Under the pieces are notes generated by a model. It did not search any database. It saw only the letters and a program-made list of their open reading frames with translations, and was not told the DNA's origin. Made by a program: the position numbers and the translations under genes. This document shows, one piece after another, positions 44,030-44,521 of a stretch of 44,521 bases of DNA. Within the stretch, counting starts at the first letter, position 1; every line of letters starts with the position of its first letter. The stretch covers positions 1 to 44,521 of the forward strand of contig RFJL01000039.1 of assembly GCA_003695435.1 (NCBI GenBank), in the 5' to 3' direction. Source of the DNA: Candidatus Woesearchaeota archaeon (GTDB lineage Archaea > Nanobdellota > Nanobdellia > Woesearchaeales > UBA11576).

Positions 44030-44463
44030 TTTCTTGCTTTCTCCACTTTACCTTTTCTTAAGGATTCAAGAGCTTGATCATTCACTTTTATGACTTGCCA
44101 GCGTACTCCTGCAATGTCTCCTTTAGCACGGCCCATTTTCCCACCGATACACTCGATGATTACTTCATCGTGCTCGTTAACGAGTTTTTGAGCACCATCT
44201 CCTGGAAGAAATGCAGTTACTTGTTTACCGTTTTTAATAAGTTGAACACGCGCACATTTACGCATAGCTGAGTTAGGTTGTTTAGCTTCTTTTTGAATCT
44301 TCTGAAGAACAATACCTTTTGCTTGACTCGCACCACTAAGAGGGTCAGACTTCTTTTTTAGTCCAAGTACTTTAGCAGCATAACTTTTCTTTTTCCACAG
44401 ACTCGTCTTACGTCTTTTCTTGAGTTTTGAGCCGGCATTAAGGCCGTTAGATTTTTTACCCAT
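44026..44463 (-). CDS. rps12: 30S ribosomal protein uS12 (archaeal type)
   Basis: 145 aa with a basic N-terminal extension, [39 protein letters not shown] and [11 protein letters not shown]. Confidence 0.95.
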   Translation of the reverse strand: MGKKSNGLNAGSKLKKRRKTSLWKKKSYAAKVLGLKKKSDPLSGASQAKGIVLQKIQKEAKQPNSAMRKCARVQLIKNGKQVTAFLPGDGAQKLVNEHDEVIIECIGGKMGRAKGDIAGVRWQVIKVNDQALESLRKGKVEKARK

Positions 44464-44486
44464 ACCGTCAAAAATCAGCGAGGGGG

Positions 44487-44496
44487 TTTATAAAGG
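44487..44496 (-). promoter_or_regulatory. TATA box (GTTTATAAAG) for rps12
   Basis: Centred about 28 nt upstream of the ATG at 44463. Confidence 0.5.
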
Positions 44497-44521
44497 TTGT
44501 GGTTGTTGTACTTGTTTTTGC

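Noticed and set aside
1-44521. Genome-wide stop-codon reassignment (UGA=Trp/Gly or UAG sense), prompted by the two in-frame stops
   Set aside because: Well-conserved genes end at natural positions on TGA (140-892, 1004-2866, ferredoxin, msrB, relE). No conserved gene in the window is internally interrupted by TGA or TAG.
1-44521. Search for CRISPR arrays, IS elements, integrases, prophage or tRNA-flanked islands
   Set aside because: I saw no direct-repeat/spacer arrays, no transposase or integrase motifs, no terminal inverted repeats bracketing genes, and no tRNA genes.

Overview
AT-rich, gene-dense chromosomal segment with about 56 supportable CDS. I saw no rRNA, tRNA, CRISPR array, transposase or integrase. 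I read it as archaeal, probably a small-genome DPANN-type lineage (inference). Three things support this: archaeal-type uS12/uS7 (44463-43430); a diphthamide synthase (Dph2) homologue; and TTTATAAAT-like TATA boxes centred about 24-30 nt upstream of most first-gene start codons, which implies leaderless mRNAs. Operon-internal genes instead carry GGAGGTGA-type Shine-Dalgarno sites or ATGA/TAATG overlaps. Recognisable content, left to right: two nucleotidyltransferase/HEPN-like paralogues flanking a 620-aa TIM-barrel-like protein; a SIMPL protein; two large signal-peptide/TM-anchored surface proteins rich in glycosylation sequons; a class-I FAD disulfide oxidoreductase; an M29 aminopeptidase; an alpha/beta hydrolase; a Csa3-like CARF+wHTH regulator; DoxX; a DEAD-box helicase; a contiguous bacterial-type uvrB-uvrA-uvrC block; a RelE-type toxin/antitoxin pair; MsrB; a three-gene unit with a DapA-family aldolase and a nucleoside 2-deoxyribosyltransferase-like protein, next to a HIT protein; a membrane-anchored wHTH regulator; a tightly coupled redox operon (Cys/His ORF, ferredoxin, FNR-like flavoprotein, ApbE, ferric-reductase-type bis-haem membrane protein, coiled-coil anchor); a tandem Fis-type HTH protein; a split Dph2; a SpoIIM-like membrane protein; and uS7/uS12. 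The strongest candidate for an undescribed system is the redox operon at 30372-33577, which looks like a disassembled NOX/FRE-type transmembrane electron conduit combined with a signal-less ApbE. Other leads are the split Dph2, the aldolase/deoxyribosyltransferase unit, two single in-frame stop codons (TAG 25882-25884, TGA 35724-35726) and a structured 450-bp non-coding region after uS7. All family assignments come from motif recognition by eye; no database search was possible.
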